DNA of 64,000 nucleotides, from the NCBI GenBank assembly GCA_947382865.1, contig CANDBF010000001.1, forward strand, positions 9,543-73,542. The letters are read 5' to 3'. The notes beneath the pieces were generated by a model that made no database searches, was not told the DNA's origin, and saw only the letters and a list, made by a program, of their open reading frames with translations. Made by a program: the position numbers and the translations under genes. This stretch comes from an uncultured Clostridia bacterium. GTDB taxonomy: Bacteria > Bacillota > Clostridia > Christensenellales > CAG-917. Positions 26,802-34,969 of the stretch are shown one piece after another; position 1 is the stretch's first letter, and every line of letters starts with the position of its first letter.

Positions 26802-27782
26802 ATGAAATCTTGGCACATCGGAAATTTTAATGAAGTCAGCCTCAGCGAAGGCACTCTTGTTCCGCGCGAAGGCGAGGTCAAGTTGAAAATTTCAAAGGTG
26901 GCTCTTTCCTCCACCGATATGTCCTGTTTTGCCAATAGAGAGGACAAAAATACGGTCACCGTTCCCGCGCACGCGGCTATCGCCTACGTGACCAACGACG
27001 ACGAGGAGCTGGGCTTCAAGCTCGGCGCGCGCGTTGTGGTCAATCCTTTTGTGAAGTCCGTCGAGCACGGTGAGACGGTTGTAAGGACTATGGGAGTGGA
27101 TACCGACGGTCTGTTGCAGGACTTCGTGTGCGTGCCCTCCGAAAACGTGTTTCATCTTCCCGACGGGATAACCGACGAGGAAGCCGTGTTTACGGAGTGT
27201 ATAGCGATGGGCAACAAGGTGTTTTCCGAGCTTCCGTGCGACAGGGGAGACTACGTCGTGATAGTCGGAGCGGGTACGCTCGGGCTTATACTTTGTCAGC
27301 TTGCTATTTACTATCAGATGGTGCCCATACTCGTCGATTTGGATAACGACAAGCTGGAGCTGGCAAGGAAATGGGATATATGCTATACGCTCAATCCCAC
27401 CTATGACAACCTCGAACGCAAGGTCGAGGAAATTACGGGCGGCAGAATGAGCGAGGCGGCTGTATTCACCACCGATGGCGTGGGGCTGAACTCTGTTCTG
27501 CATCTGGTCAAGAACGGAAGCGAGGTTGTGATAGCCGGCTATTCCACATCCGAAAAGCACTATGTGGGCAGTGATTTTATTCTGAAAAAGCAGCTTCGTC
27601 TCAAAGGCGTCTGCAACGGCTTCGGTGAAATGCCCTCCGCAATAAACCTGCTCGCCAACAAGATTGTGCGCATTGACGGCATTATCACCGCGCGCGAGAC
27701 TTTCGACGACGTGCCGAAGATTTTCGAGGAGTGCGTGAAGTATCCGTATCAGTACAACACGGTGCTTGTAGACGTGGATTGA
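26802..27782 (+). CDS. Medium-chain dehydrogenase/reductase (zinc-ADH-like) family protein, zinc ligands not conserved
   Basis: GroES-like N-terminus plus the Rossmann motif VIVGAGTLGLILCQLA. The usual GxCxxD / GHE catalytic-zinc positions read ALSSTDM / PAHAA, and no structural-zinc Cys cluster is visible. Confidence 0.55.
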   Translation: MKSWHIGNFNEVSLSEGTLVPREGEVKLKISKVALSSTDMSCFANREDKNTVTVPAHAAIAYVTNDDEELGFKLGARVVVNPFVKSVEHGETVVRTMGVDTDGLLQDFVCVPSENVFHLPDGITDEEAVFTECIAMGNKVFSELPCDRGDYVVIVGAGTLGLILCQLAIYYQMVPILVDLDNDKLELARKWDICYTLNPTYDNLERKVEEITGGRMSEAAVFTTDGVGLNSVLHLVKNGSEVVIAGYSTSEKHYVGSDFILKKQLRLKGVCNGFGEMPSAINLLANKIVRIDGIITARETFDDVPKIFEECVKYPYQYNTVLVDVD

Positions 27783-27820
27783 TATTATAAGAGCATAGCG
27801 AAAAATATTGAGTATATTAT

Positions 27821-27850
27821 AAAACAGACGTTCGTGCGAACGTCTGTTTT
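27821..27850. terminator. Bidirectional intrinsic terminator
   Basis: AAAACAGACGTTCG-tg-CGAACGTCTGTTTT is flanked by A- and T-runs. It lies between the convergent MDR gene (+) and the 1014-aa gene (-). Confidence 0.8.
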
Positions 27851-27967
27851 ATGTTGTTTATGTTTTTTTATTATGCCGATATTTATAAAACGGCGTTTTA
27901 CCAAAGTATATTTTGGGCTTAAACTTTCTTTTCCGTCATTATGCCGTTAATACTTTTGTCAAGACGG

Positions 27968-30900
27968 TCAGAAGTTAAGGAAACGGGAGTATCGCTCGAT
28001 AAGGGCGGCGATCTCGTCCAGATCCGTCAGCCTCTTGCCTATCGCGACTTTCAGATACTTGCCGCCAAACGCCTCGAACACTTCTTCCGATACGGGCAGT
28101 AGAGCGGAGAACTCTTCATAGGTGAACAGACCGTATTCCTCTATATCCGCCTGCATTTTGTCCGCGTCGTAGCGCATCGTGTCTTTGTCTACCTCGAAAA
28201 TGTTCGCAAACGGCTCGGTCGCGCCCGGCATAGTCAGCATTCCGTTTACGTAGTAGCATAGGTGTCCGTAGGTGACGGGGCTGTACGCTACCGTGGTTTC
28301 GGTCGTTATATCCACCGACAGGAGCGTGACCGCGGTATTGACTTTGTTTCCGCTTGTGTCTGCACTTTGCTTGCTGAATCTGTGTCCGATATACTTAGCC
28401 GCGTCGTTGCGCAGATATACGTACTTGCCTTGGTCGACGTCGAAGAATGCGTGCTCGGATATGACCTTCACCATCGTGCCGTCCGAGAAATTCAAATTGA
28501 TAACTTCGTATTCCCCGCGCTCGTCTCTGTCGATGAAGAGAATTGGCGCAACGTCGTACGTCCCCGTGAACAGGTTCCACACGAGCAGAATTTCGTCGCC
28601 CGTCAGATTCTCCACCGCCTTTTGCGATCCGTCCGCAAGGGTAATCATACTGCCCTCGGCGATACAGCTATCTTTCCACTTTGCGTACAGCGTTCCGTTG
28701 GGCGCGGAGGAGATATTTGCATATCTTGTTCCTGAAAAATCCGACGTGGTGTACCAGCCTTCAAACCCGTTTGTAACGCAGTGATAAGGATTGGTAACGT
28801 CAGAGACACTCATATTGGTAGGATTGGTGTTCGATTTTACGAATGAGGTTACGTATGGGTGAATGTTTTGCGAGATCGAACATCCCCACACGACGGGTCT
28901 ATCCGAGTCAATCCATTTAGAGTTCCAACCTTTAAGTGCAGACGCAGGCTGACAATATACCGTCAGAAGAGGGCACTCGCTGAAAGCCCCGAAACCAATT
29001 GTCGCAACATTCTTGGGAATTAATACGCTGGTTAAATTAGGACAACCTAAAAACGCCCCCGAATCAATTTTTGTTACGCCGGTAGGGAAGTTTATGTAGC
29101 ATATGCCGCTGGCTGCAAAAGCGGCGATTCCGATTTCTATAAGGCTACTGTTTTCGGGAATTTCTACAATAGATAGCTTTGTGCATTGCGAAAAAGCACC
29201 GTTACCGATGGTCTCTAACGTATTAGGCAGACTCGCGCTAATGGCCGATGAACAACCGTAAAACGCGTGGTTACCGATATATTTTAATTGTTGGTCTGTA
29301 AACAGATTTATGGTCAGGCTCTCGCATTCATAAAACGCCTCATTTTCGATAGCTGAAATGTTCAGCGGGAATTTCAAAGTTTTTAGTCTGCTACATTTGT
29401 AAAAGCATTTATCTGAAATAGTTTTGATTTGATTTTCTTCAGCAAACGTGACGGTATTCAAATACGGGCATTCGCTAAAAGCGCCTACTCCTAATTCTTT
29501 TAGGCTGGACGGGAAAGCGACACCGGTTATAGCTTGTTTAGCGAATGCGGAATCAGCTATTTTTGTGACGGCTTTTCCGTTGTGCGTATAGGGAATAGCT
29601 ATGTTTCCTAAAAGCGGAAATCTAGTGCCCGTAATTGCAAGCTCGTTTTCGGAAATGTCTTCCGTCGTGTATGGAACGTTGCGGTGTCCGCATTCTGTGC
29701 ATCTGACTTCGTTTTTATTCTCCAAATAATTGTCATATGTATGTTCGTGATTGATTTTAAGTGAAACATATCCATAACACCACTTTTCATTAATCCAAAT
29801 TCTTGAATATGATCTATACGTTGGATGCCATCCTAAGTGAGTTATAAAACCGAATGATGAAGATTTACTTTGATAACCATATGCGACAGCATAATGATTT
29901 TGATTTAGAGTTTCGCCACTTATAGCTATGCATACAGGTCTATCGTTGTCTATTTCTGATTTTACATTATTTGTTATGCTTCCTAACACACTTGAGTCAA
30001 CTTCGTAATTTATAGGTGAACTGAGTATTGCGTTGCGTTCCGTTAGTATTTCATCTATTGCATCTTTGATATTTCCAGTAAGAGGTATAAGTGGTAATTT
30101 ATCTTTAATATATTTAAAATAAGTACCGTTGTCGGTTTCATTTATACCGCTACTGCCCATAATATATTTATTAATTGCAGAGGGGTCTGAGCAATAATTT
30201 GGGTTTAATTCTGAATTAGCTAGTGTATTATTTTTAATATCCCATCCGTTTAAGTGTTTATCTGCAATAATACGTCTATCATTGTAATAATTATTATAGT
30301 TTAGCAGTATTTGGGTAGCAACGCTTGCGCAGGTTCCAGTAGTATTATTTCCATAAGTTGGCTCATTGGGGAAATATTCATGATTTTGTATGTAAGTAGT
30401 TCCTGCGGTTCCTGGTAAATCTCCGTCTTCTAAATCTTTCGAATTGGATGGCATATGAGAAGACGACAAAGTGTTTGAAAGTATTGATAAATTTTCATTA
30501 CTTAAAGTAGTTGTAGTGTTTTCACAATCAAGTTTATCCAATATACTTTTAGAGAGCTTTATAATTTCATCTTGCGATAAAAGAAGTTGTTCATTTGTAA
30601 GTAAATCAACAAAGTATCCGTTTTCTTTCTTTAAATATTTAGTAGGTCCGCCATAATACTTTTTTGTATTTTGTTCGTATGGTAAATTGCTTAAAGAAGA
30701 GTATTCCAATAATTCTTGATTGGAAATTAGAAAAATTGCATAATCGTTATCATTGCTTATTAATATGTAATCTAGAGAATCATTATAATTATATAAATGT
30801 TCATAAACAAGATTATTGTTTTCACCAAAATGCTCTTCTGCTAAAACTTGTATTCTTAAAACAGCATTATCTATTGCATAAGCGGTATGAATTGATGAAT

Positions 30901-31012
30901 TAAATGCATTTGTTAAGAAAATACAGCTTAATAGTAATAAGCAAATTAAGCATATTAGTGATAATTTTGTAATTATTAAAAGTTTTTCATTCGTGTTCAT
31001 CGTTTTCTCCAT
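27968..31012 (-). CDS. Secreted multidomain protein: pro-region + papain-fold Cys-peptidase-like domain + 9 BspA-type LRRs + Flg_new-like repeat + Hint domain + unknown C-terminal tail
   Basis: The signal ends in TAYA. Candidate catalytic residues lie in TGTCASVATQILLNY and NQNHYAVAYGY...HLGWHP. Nine repeats of I(G/S)xxAFxxCxxL follow, then GFEGWYTTSDFSGTRYANISSAPNGTLYAKW. The Hint starts at CIAEGSMITLADGSQKAVENLTGDEILLVW and ends near YYVNGMLTMPG. The likely true start is ATG 31000, which has a GGAGA Shine-Dalgarno. Confidence 0.7.
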   Translation of the reverse strand: MEKTMNTNEKLLIITKLSLICLICLLLLSCIFLTNAFNSSIHTAYAIDNAVLRIQVLAEEHFGENNNLVYEHLYNYNDSLDYILISNDNDYAIFLISNQELLEYSSLSNLPYEQNTKKYYGGPTKYLKKENGYFVDLLTNEQLLLSQDEIIKLSKSILDKLDCENTTTTLSNENLSILSNTLSSSHMPSNSKDLEDGDLPGTAGTTYIQNHEYFPNEPTYGNNTTGTCASVATQILLNYNNYYNDRRIIADKHLNGWDIKNNTLANSELNPNYCSDPSAINKYIMGSSGINETDNGTYFKYIKDKLPLIPLTGNIKDAIDEILTERNAILSSPINYEVDSSVLGSITNNVKSEIDNDRPVCIAISGETLNQNHYAVAYGYQSKSSSFGFITHLGWHPTYRSYSRIWINEKWCYGYVSLKINHEHTYDNYLENKNEVRCTECGHRNVPYTTEDISENELAITGTRFPLLGNIAIPYTHNGKAVTKIADSAFAKQAITGVAFPSSLKELGVGAFSECPYLNTVTFAEENQIKTISDKCFYKCSRLKTLKFPLNISAIENEAFYECESLTINLFTDQQLKYIGNHAFYGCSSAISASLPNTLETIGNGAFSQCTKLSIVEIPENSSLIEIGIAAFAASGICYINFPTGVTKIDSGAFLGCPNLTSVLIPKNVATIGFGAFSECPLLTVYCQPASALKGWNSKWIDSDRPVVWGCSISQNIHPYVTSFVKSNTNPTNMSVSDVTNPYHCVTNGFEGWYTTSDFSGTRYANISSAPNGTLYAKWKDSCIAEGSMITLADGSQKAVENLTGDEILLVWNLFTGTYDVAPILFIDRDERGEYEVINLNFSDGTMVKVISEHAFFDVDQGKYVYLRNDAAKYIGHRFSKQSADTSGNKVNTAVTLLSVDITTETTVAYSPVTYGHLCYYVNGMLTMPGATEPFANIFEVDKDTMRYDADKMQADIEEYGLFTYEEFSALLPVSEEVFEAFGGKYLKVAIGKRLTDLDEIAALIERYSRFLNF

Positions 31013-31526
31013 TATAATTTGTTTCGGTATTTATAAAACTTACCTCTGAAAATTCAATACGGCGCATGATGACTGCGATAAATATTAGATGAGGAGAAGT
31101 CATATGATTGCCAAACGTGTTGTGATATTTCGGATTGCAACCAAATTTGACGGTTAAGGTTTTATCGTTGAGTATTATGTCTTTTAGCTCAAATGCATGA
31201 CCGATTTGTGATATTTCCCAATGTACTAGTAGAATCTGATTATCAAAATTAACTGAAACGGGAAATTCTTTGAACGTTTCTTCAAATTCTGCCTGGTCAC
31301 TAATTATATACGACTGTTCGGGAGTTATGTGTGATTGCTCGTTTGCGTTATCTAGGAACTGCATATAAAACCAATCGCTTGGGGGATTGTAAAGAGTTGC
31401 AAGATATTGACGTATATTAGTGTAGTTGGGTTTTTCCGTATTACTGCAACCCCAAAAAAATACAGAGCACATAATAAGCAAAATTCCCGTTACTACCATT
31501 GTTTTCAACAATTTGCGTATTTTCAT
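30987..31526 (-). CDS. Lipoprotein of unknown function, co-transcribed with the protease-LRR-Hint gene
   Basis: 179 aa from ATG 31526, with a GAGGGAGGA Shine-Dalgarno. The signal MKIRKLLKTMVVTGILLIMCSVFFWGCS looks lipobox-like. The 3' end overlaps the downstream gene start. The gene is AT-rich. Confidence 0.6.
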   Translation of the reverse strand: MKIRKLLKTMVVTGILLIMCSVFFWGCSNTEKPNYTNIRQYLATLYNPPSDWFYMQFLDNANEQSHITPEQSYIISDQAEFEETFKEFPVSVNFDNQILLVHWEISQIGHAFELKDIILNDKTLTVKFGCNPKYHNTFGNHMTSPHLIFIAVIMRRIEFSEVSFINTETNYNGENDEHE

Positions 31527-31597
31527 GCGCAATCCTCCCTCATATAATAAAAATATATTAATCAAAAAAATATATGTGATATTATTTCAAGTCTAGC

Positions 31598-32029
31598 TTA
31601 ATGTATTGAACAAAACATGTCAATAGTGAATTGGTTATTTGTATTTTTTTCGCACGATTCGCCGAAAGGAGAATTATTTATAGTAAAGGCATAATCGGGT
31701 GAAACTGAACGTAAGCCGCTTGTTTTTTCAAGTTTTTATAGTATCGATTACATTCTGTTTTGAAGGTTCTGCTAATAGAAGTTAATTGAATCTGGAAATT
31801 CCTTGAATATTTCGTCGGATTTTTCCTAGTTGCCGACTAAATGTGTTTGATTACCTAGAAAATGCATATTGAACCAATCGCTTTTGGGATTGTAGAGTGT
31901 CGCGTCGAAGTTTTTGATATTGGCATAGTTTGGGGTTGCGGTTACGACGCAACTGCACAGCGCAATCGAGCAGAATAAAAGAATTAAGGCGATTAGAACT
32001 ATGAATTTTGTCGTTTTACGCATATGCAT
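31598..32029 (-). pseudogene. Decayed tandem paralog of the 179-aa lipoprotein gene
   Basis: The single frame is collinear with the intact copy: PNYANIKNFDATLYNPKSDWFNMHFL vs PNYTNIRQYLATLYNPPSDWFYMQFL, and EKSDEIFKEFPDSINF vs DQAEFEETFKEFPVSVNF. It is interrupted by four in-frame stops at 31826, 31772, 31748 and 31736. Confidence 0.65.
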
Positions 32030-32037
32030 TCTCCTTT

Positions 32038-32844
32038 CTATCCCGCGACGACGGAGCGCATAAACGCAAGAGTGTGCTCTACGGTTTGTGTAAGCTGGGT
32101 TTGCCTTTCCTGCTCCGTTAAAGCGGAATTGTCGGGGCGCGAAGTGACCGCATAGAAGCCCGTATAACCTCCGTGCGACAGCCTTACGTACTGCGTAGCG
32201 GCCAGGTTAAGACGGGTTTTGGAGTCCGCGACCATTTCGTCCGATACTATGCCTTCGCCGTCGGCTTCGAGCACTAGAGTGGGAAGAGATAAATTTGCTA
32301 CCGAGTCGTAAACCTTTACCACCTGTCCGTTTTCATCGAAGGTGAGATTGCCGTCCTTGTCAAGCACCTGTCTCGACGAGCATATGGGCGAGTAGAGGGC
32401 TATGCCGAGTACGGCGGTCGGATTTTCCTGCGCACGGCGCACTGCGGCGCCACCGCCCAGCCCGTGTCCGCCTACGAAAAACCTTACGTTCGTATATTTT
32501 TCAAATGCGGGCTCTATGGCTTTGTACGCGCCGTAGGAAGAGCCTTTATCGAATTTTGGGATTATCACAATATATCCTTGTCTTGCAAGCGCCTCGCCGA
32601 GATAGGCATATTGCGACGACGGAATCAGCGTGCCGACGTAGAACACGAGACCGTATCTGTACGGGATATTCTGCGGCTCGTATATAAGCGCGTCCTCGGC
32701 GTCCGTCACCGAAATATCGAAGCTGTTGTCGTGCGAATAGAAATCGTCTTCCTTGTTACACGCAGAAAATCCGAGCGCAGAAATTACGCTTATCGCGATT
32801 GCCAGAAGCAAGTATAAGGGTTTTACGAAATGGAATCTGCGCAT
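32038..32844 (-). CDS. Alpha/beta-hydrolase-fold lipoprotein (dienelactone hydrolase/chlorophyllase-like), nucleophile motif altered
   Basis: Lipobox ALGFSAC. The fold pattern includes GLVFYVGT...GYIVIIPKF... The nucleophile elbow reads FVGGHGLGGG, that is G-H-G-L-G instead of G-x-S-x-G. Confidence 0.5.
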   Translation of the reverse strand: MRRFHFVKPLYLLLAIAISVISALGFSACNKEDDFYSHDNSFDISVTDAEDALIYEPQNIPYRYGLVFYVGTLIPSSQYAYLGEALARQGYIVIIPKFDKGSSYGAYKAIEPAFEKYTNVRFFVGGHGLGGGAAVRRAQENPTAVLGIALYSPICSSRQVLDKDGNLTFDENGQVVKVYDSVANLSLPTLVLEADGEGIVSDEMVADSKTRLNLAATQYVRLSHGGYTGFYAVTSRPDNSALTEQERQTQLTQTVEHTLAFMRSVVAG

Positions 32845-32959
32845 TTTTTTCGGACAAAAACGGGTGTTTTACCGCATTTTTTTACTTTTTAACCTATTAT
32901 ATCACATATATGTAAAAATTTCCATAGCCATTTTTATTTCTTAATGCTATAATGTCAGT

Positions 32960-34489
32960 ATGAGACTGCGGAGAAAGAGATTTCTTTATAAAAATAGAGT
33001 GGGCGCGGACCCGAAAACGCAAGATTCAAAATCTCTTGCGGTTATGCTGCGCGAGTACGACGAGGAGGGTTATATCCCCTTTCATATGCCGGGGCATAAG
33101 CGTTCGGCATACAATCATCTGAGCGCGGTTCAGGGCATGGACATAACGGAGATAGAGGGCTTTGACAATCTTCACAATGCGGGTGGAGTTTTGCTCGAAG
33201 CTCAGAAGAAGGCGGCGTTTTTCTTCGGCGCGAACGAGAGCAGGTTTCTCACCTGCGGAAGCACGGCGGGCATACTGGCGGCGGTGCGTACGCTTACGCA
33301 CAGCGGCGACGAAGTTCTGCTTGCGAGGAACTGCCACAGGAGCGTTTACAACGCCGTTGAGGTCTGCGGATTGAAGCCGCATTACGTGGCGCCTACGTAT
33401 TTCGAGGAGTACGGATTTTTCGGCTCCGTTTTGCCGTCCGACGTCGAGACGGCTCTCAAAAAAAATCCCAAAATTACGCTTGTGGTGATCACGAGCCCGA
33501 CGTACGAGGGCGTGATATCCGACATAAAGAGCATTGCAGTCGTTTGCCGCGCGAACGGCGCGAAGCTGCTGGTCGACGAGGCGCACGGCGCGCATCTGGG
33601 TCTAAGCAAAAAGTTTGCGCAGAGCGCGCGCAATCTGGGCGCGGATATAGTCGTGAACAGCTTCCATAAGACTTTGCCCAGCCTCACCCAGACGGCTATC
33701 GTTCACGTTTGCTCCGGCAGAGTGGACGTAGACAGGCTCGACCGAAATCTTGCGATATTCCAGACAAGCTCGCCGTCGTACGTGCTTATGGCCTCTATAG
33801 AGGGTTGCGTAAGATATTTGCGCGAGGACGGCTCGACCGCGATAGACGAATGGAGCGATATGCTGGATAAATTTCGCCGCAGTCTTGCGCATATGAAGCA
33901 TATCAAGCTCTTCAACGGAGAGGCGGAGGGCGGACGCGTGTATGCGTACGACAAGAGCAAGCTCGTATTCCTCACCGTGGACAGCGCGCTGCGCGGACTG
34001 GATTTGTCGCGAGCGCTCAAAAACAAGTATAAGATAGAGCTGGAAATGGCGAGCGCGAATTATGCTCTGGCGATGAGCGGCGCGGGCGACGGTCTTAGCT
34101 CCTACATGGCACTTGCAGAGGCTATCTACGATCTGGACGGCAACGTGAAGGAACGCAACGGTCTTGTCAACATAAACGCCTCGATTTTGGCGCAAAAGCA
34201 GTTTGAACCCTACGAAATCGATAAGTTAAACACTGAATTCGTCGATTTGGAGAAATCTATCGGCAGAGTCGTGGCTGAGAACGTGTGGACGTATCCGCCC
34301 GGGTGTCCCATCATCTGCAAGGGCGAGGTTATAGACCATGAGTTTATCAGATACGCGCTTTGCCTCTATGAGTATGGGATGAATCTGGAAAGCGAGCACA
34401 GGCGCTTCCCCGACAATATTCTGGTCGTGACCGAATCATCCGAGGAGATAGCGTCCAAGTTCAAGAGACCGCCCGTCACTGCGGAATAA
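32960..34489 (+). CDS. PLP-dependent Orn/Lys/Arg decarboxylase family protein
   Basis: IPFHMPGHKR, TCGSTAGILAA, DEAHGAH, and NSFHKTLPSLTQTA with the PLP lysine. The protein is 509 aa. Confidence 0.75.
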   Translation: MRLRRKRFLYKNRVGADPKTQDSKSLAVMLREYDEEGYIPFHMPGHKRSAYNHLSAVQGMDITEIEGFDNLHNAGGVLLEAQKKAAFFFGANESRFLTCGSTAGILAAVRTLTHSGDEVLLARNCHRSVYNAVEVCGLKPHYVAPTYFEEYGFFGSVLPSDVETALKKNPKITLVVITSPTYEGVISDIKSIAVVCRANGAKLLVDEAHGAHLGLSKKFAQSARNLGADIVVNSFHKTLPSLTQTAIVHVCSGRVDVDRLDRNLAIFQTSSPSYVLMASIEGCVRYLREDGSTAIDEWSDMLDKFRRSLAHMKHIKLFNGEAEGGRVYAYDKSKLVFLTVDSALRGLDLSRALKNKYKIELEMASANYALAMSGAGDGLSSYMALAEAIYDLDGNVKERNGLVNINASILAQKQFEPYEIDKLNTEFVDLEKSIGRVVAENVWTYPPGCPIICKGEVIDHEFIRYALCLYEYGMNLESEHRRFPDNILVVTESSEEIASKFKRPPVTAE

Positions 34490-34595
34490 CAGGCGGATTT
34501 GCGTTTGAAAAATACAGCGGAATAGTATGCGGTTGCCGCATGAAACGTAAATGCTACGCAATCGGGATAAAAGGCGCGCGGCATAACGATAAAGG

Positions 34596-34624
34596 TTGAC
34601 ATTTGTACGCGCCGCAATTATAAT
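34596..34624 (+). promoter_or_regulatory. Consensus sigma-70-type promoter of the SCIFF cassette (TTGACA-17-TATAAT)
   Basis: TTGACA at 34596-34601, a 17-nt spacer, and TATAAT at 34619-34624. It lies 37 nt upstream of the SCIFF ATG, which has an AAGGAG Shine-Dalgarno. Confidence 0.65.
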
Positions 34625-34660
34625 CATATAAAAGCTATAAACTCATCAAGGAGCATCAAT

Positions 34661-34807
34661 ATGAAAAGAATCGTTACATTGAAAACCCGCAATCTCAACG
34701 AGAGCAAAAAGAACGGCGGTTGCGGCGAGTGCCAAACTTCCTGCCAGTCCGCTTGCAAGACGTCCTGCGGCGTGGCAAATCAGAAGTGCGAGAAAGCGGC
34801 GAAATAA
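34661..34807 (+). CDS. Six-cysteine peptide SCIFF (ranthipeptide-type RiPP precursor)
   Basis: 48-aa ORF, below the ORF-track cutoff: MKRIVTLKTRNLNESKKNGGCGECQTSCQSACKTSCGVANQKCEKAAK. It has six Cys in the C-terminal half and the GGCGECQTSCQSACKTSC core typical of SCIFF. The cognate rSAM maturase follows it. Confidence 0.9.
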   Translation: MKRIVTLKTRNLNESKKNGGCGECQTSCQSACKTSCGVANQKCEKAAK

Positions 34808-34835
34808 GCTCCGCCGTATTTTCCATACAGAAAGT

Positions 34836-34861
34836 CGCCTAGCAACGTCTAGGCGTTTTTT
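34836..34861 (+). terminator. Intercistronic hairpin / partial terminator between SCIFF and its maturase
   Basis: CGCCTAG-caacgt-CTAGGCG is followed by TTTTTT, 29 nt after the SCIFF stop codon. Confidence 0.6.
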
Positions 34862-34969
34862 GTGACAGGGAATTTCGATTTGTTTTAAGGTTTTCGGACT
34901 GTCATAATTTCGGACGGTTTATTAAAAGCGCGGCGCGGCATAATTTTGCGTAGCCGCGGGAGAGAAAAT

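Noticed and set aside
28750-32035. The AT-rich island, considered as a prophage, IS element or integrative element.
   Set aside because: I could not find an integrase, transposase, terminal inverted repeats or flanking direct repeats. One boundary lies inside an intact ORF. It is therefore reported as a compositional mosaic, not as a mobile element.
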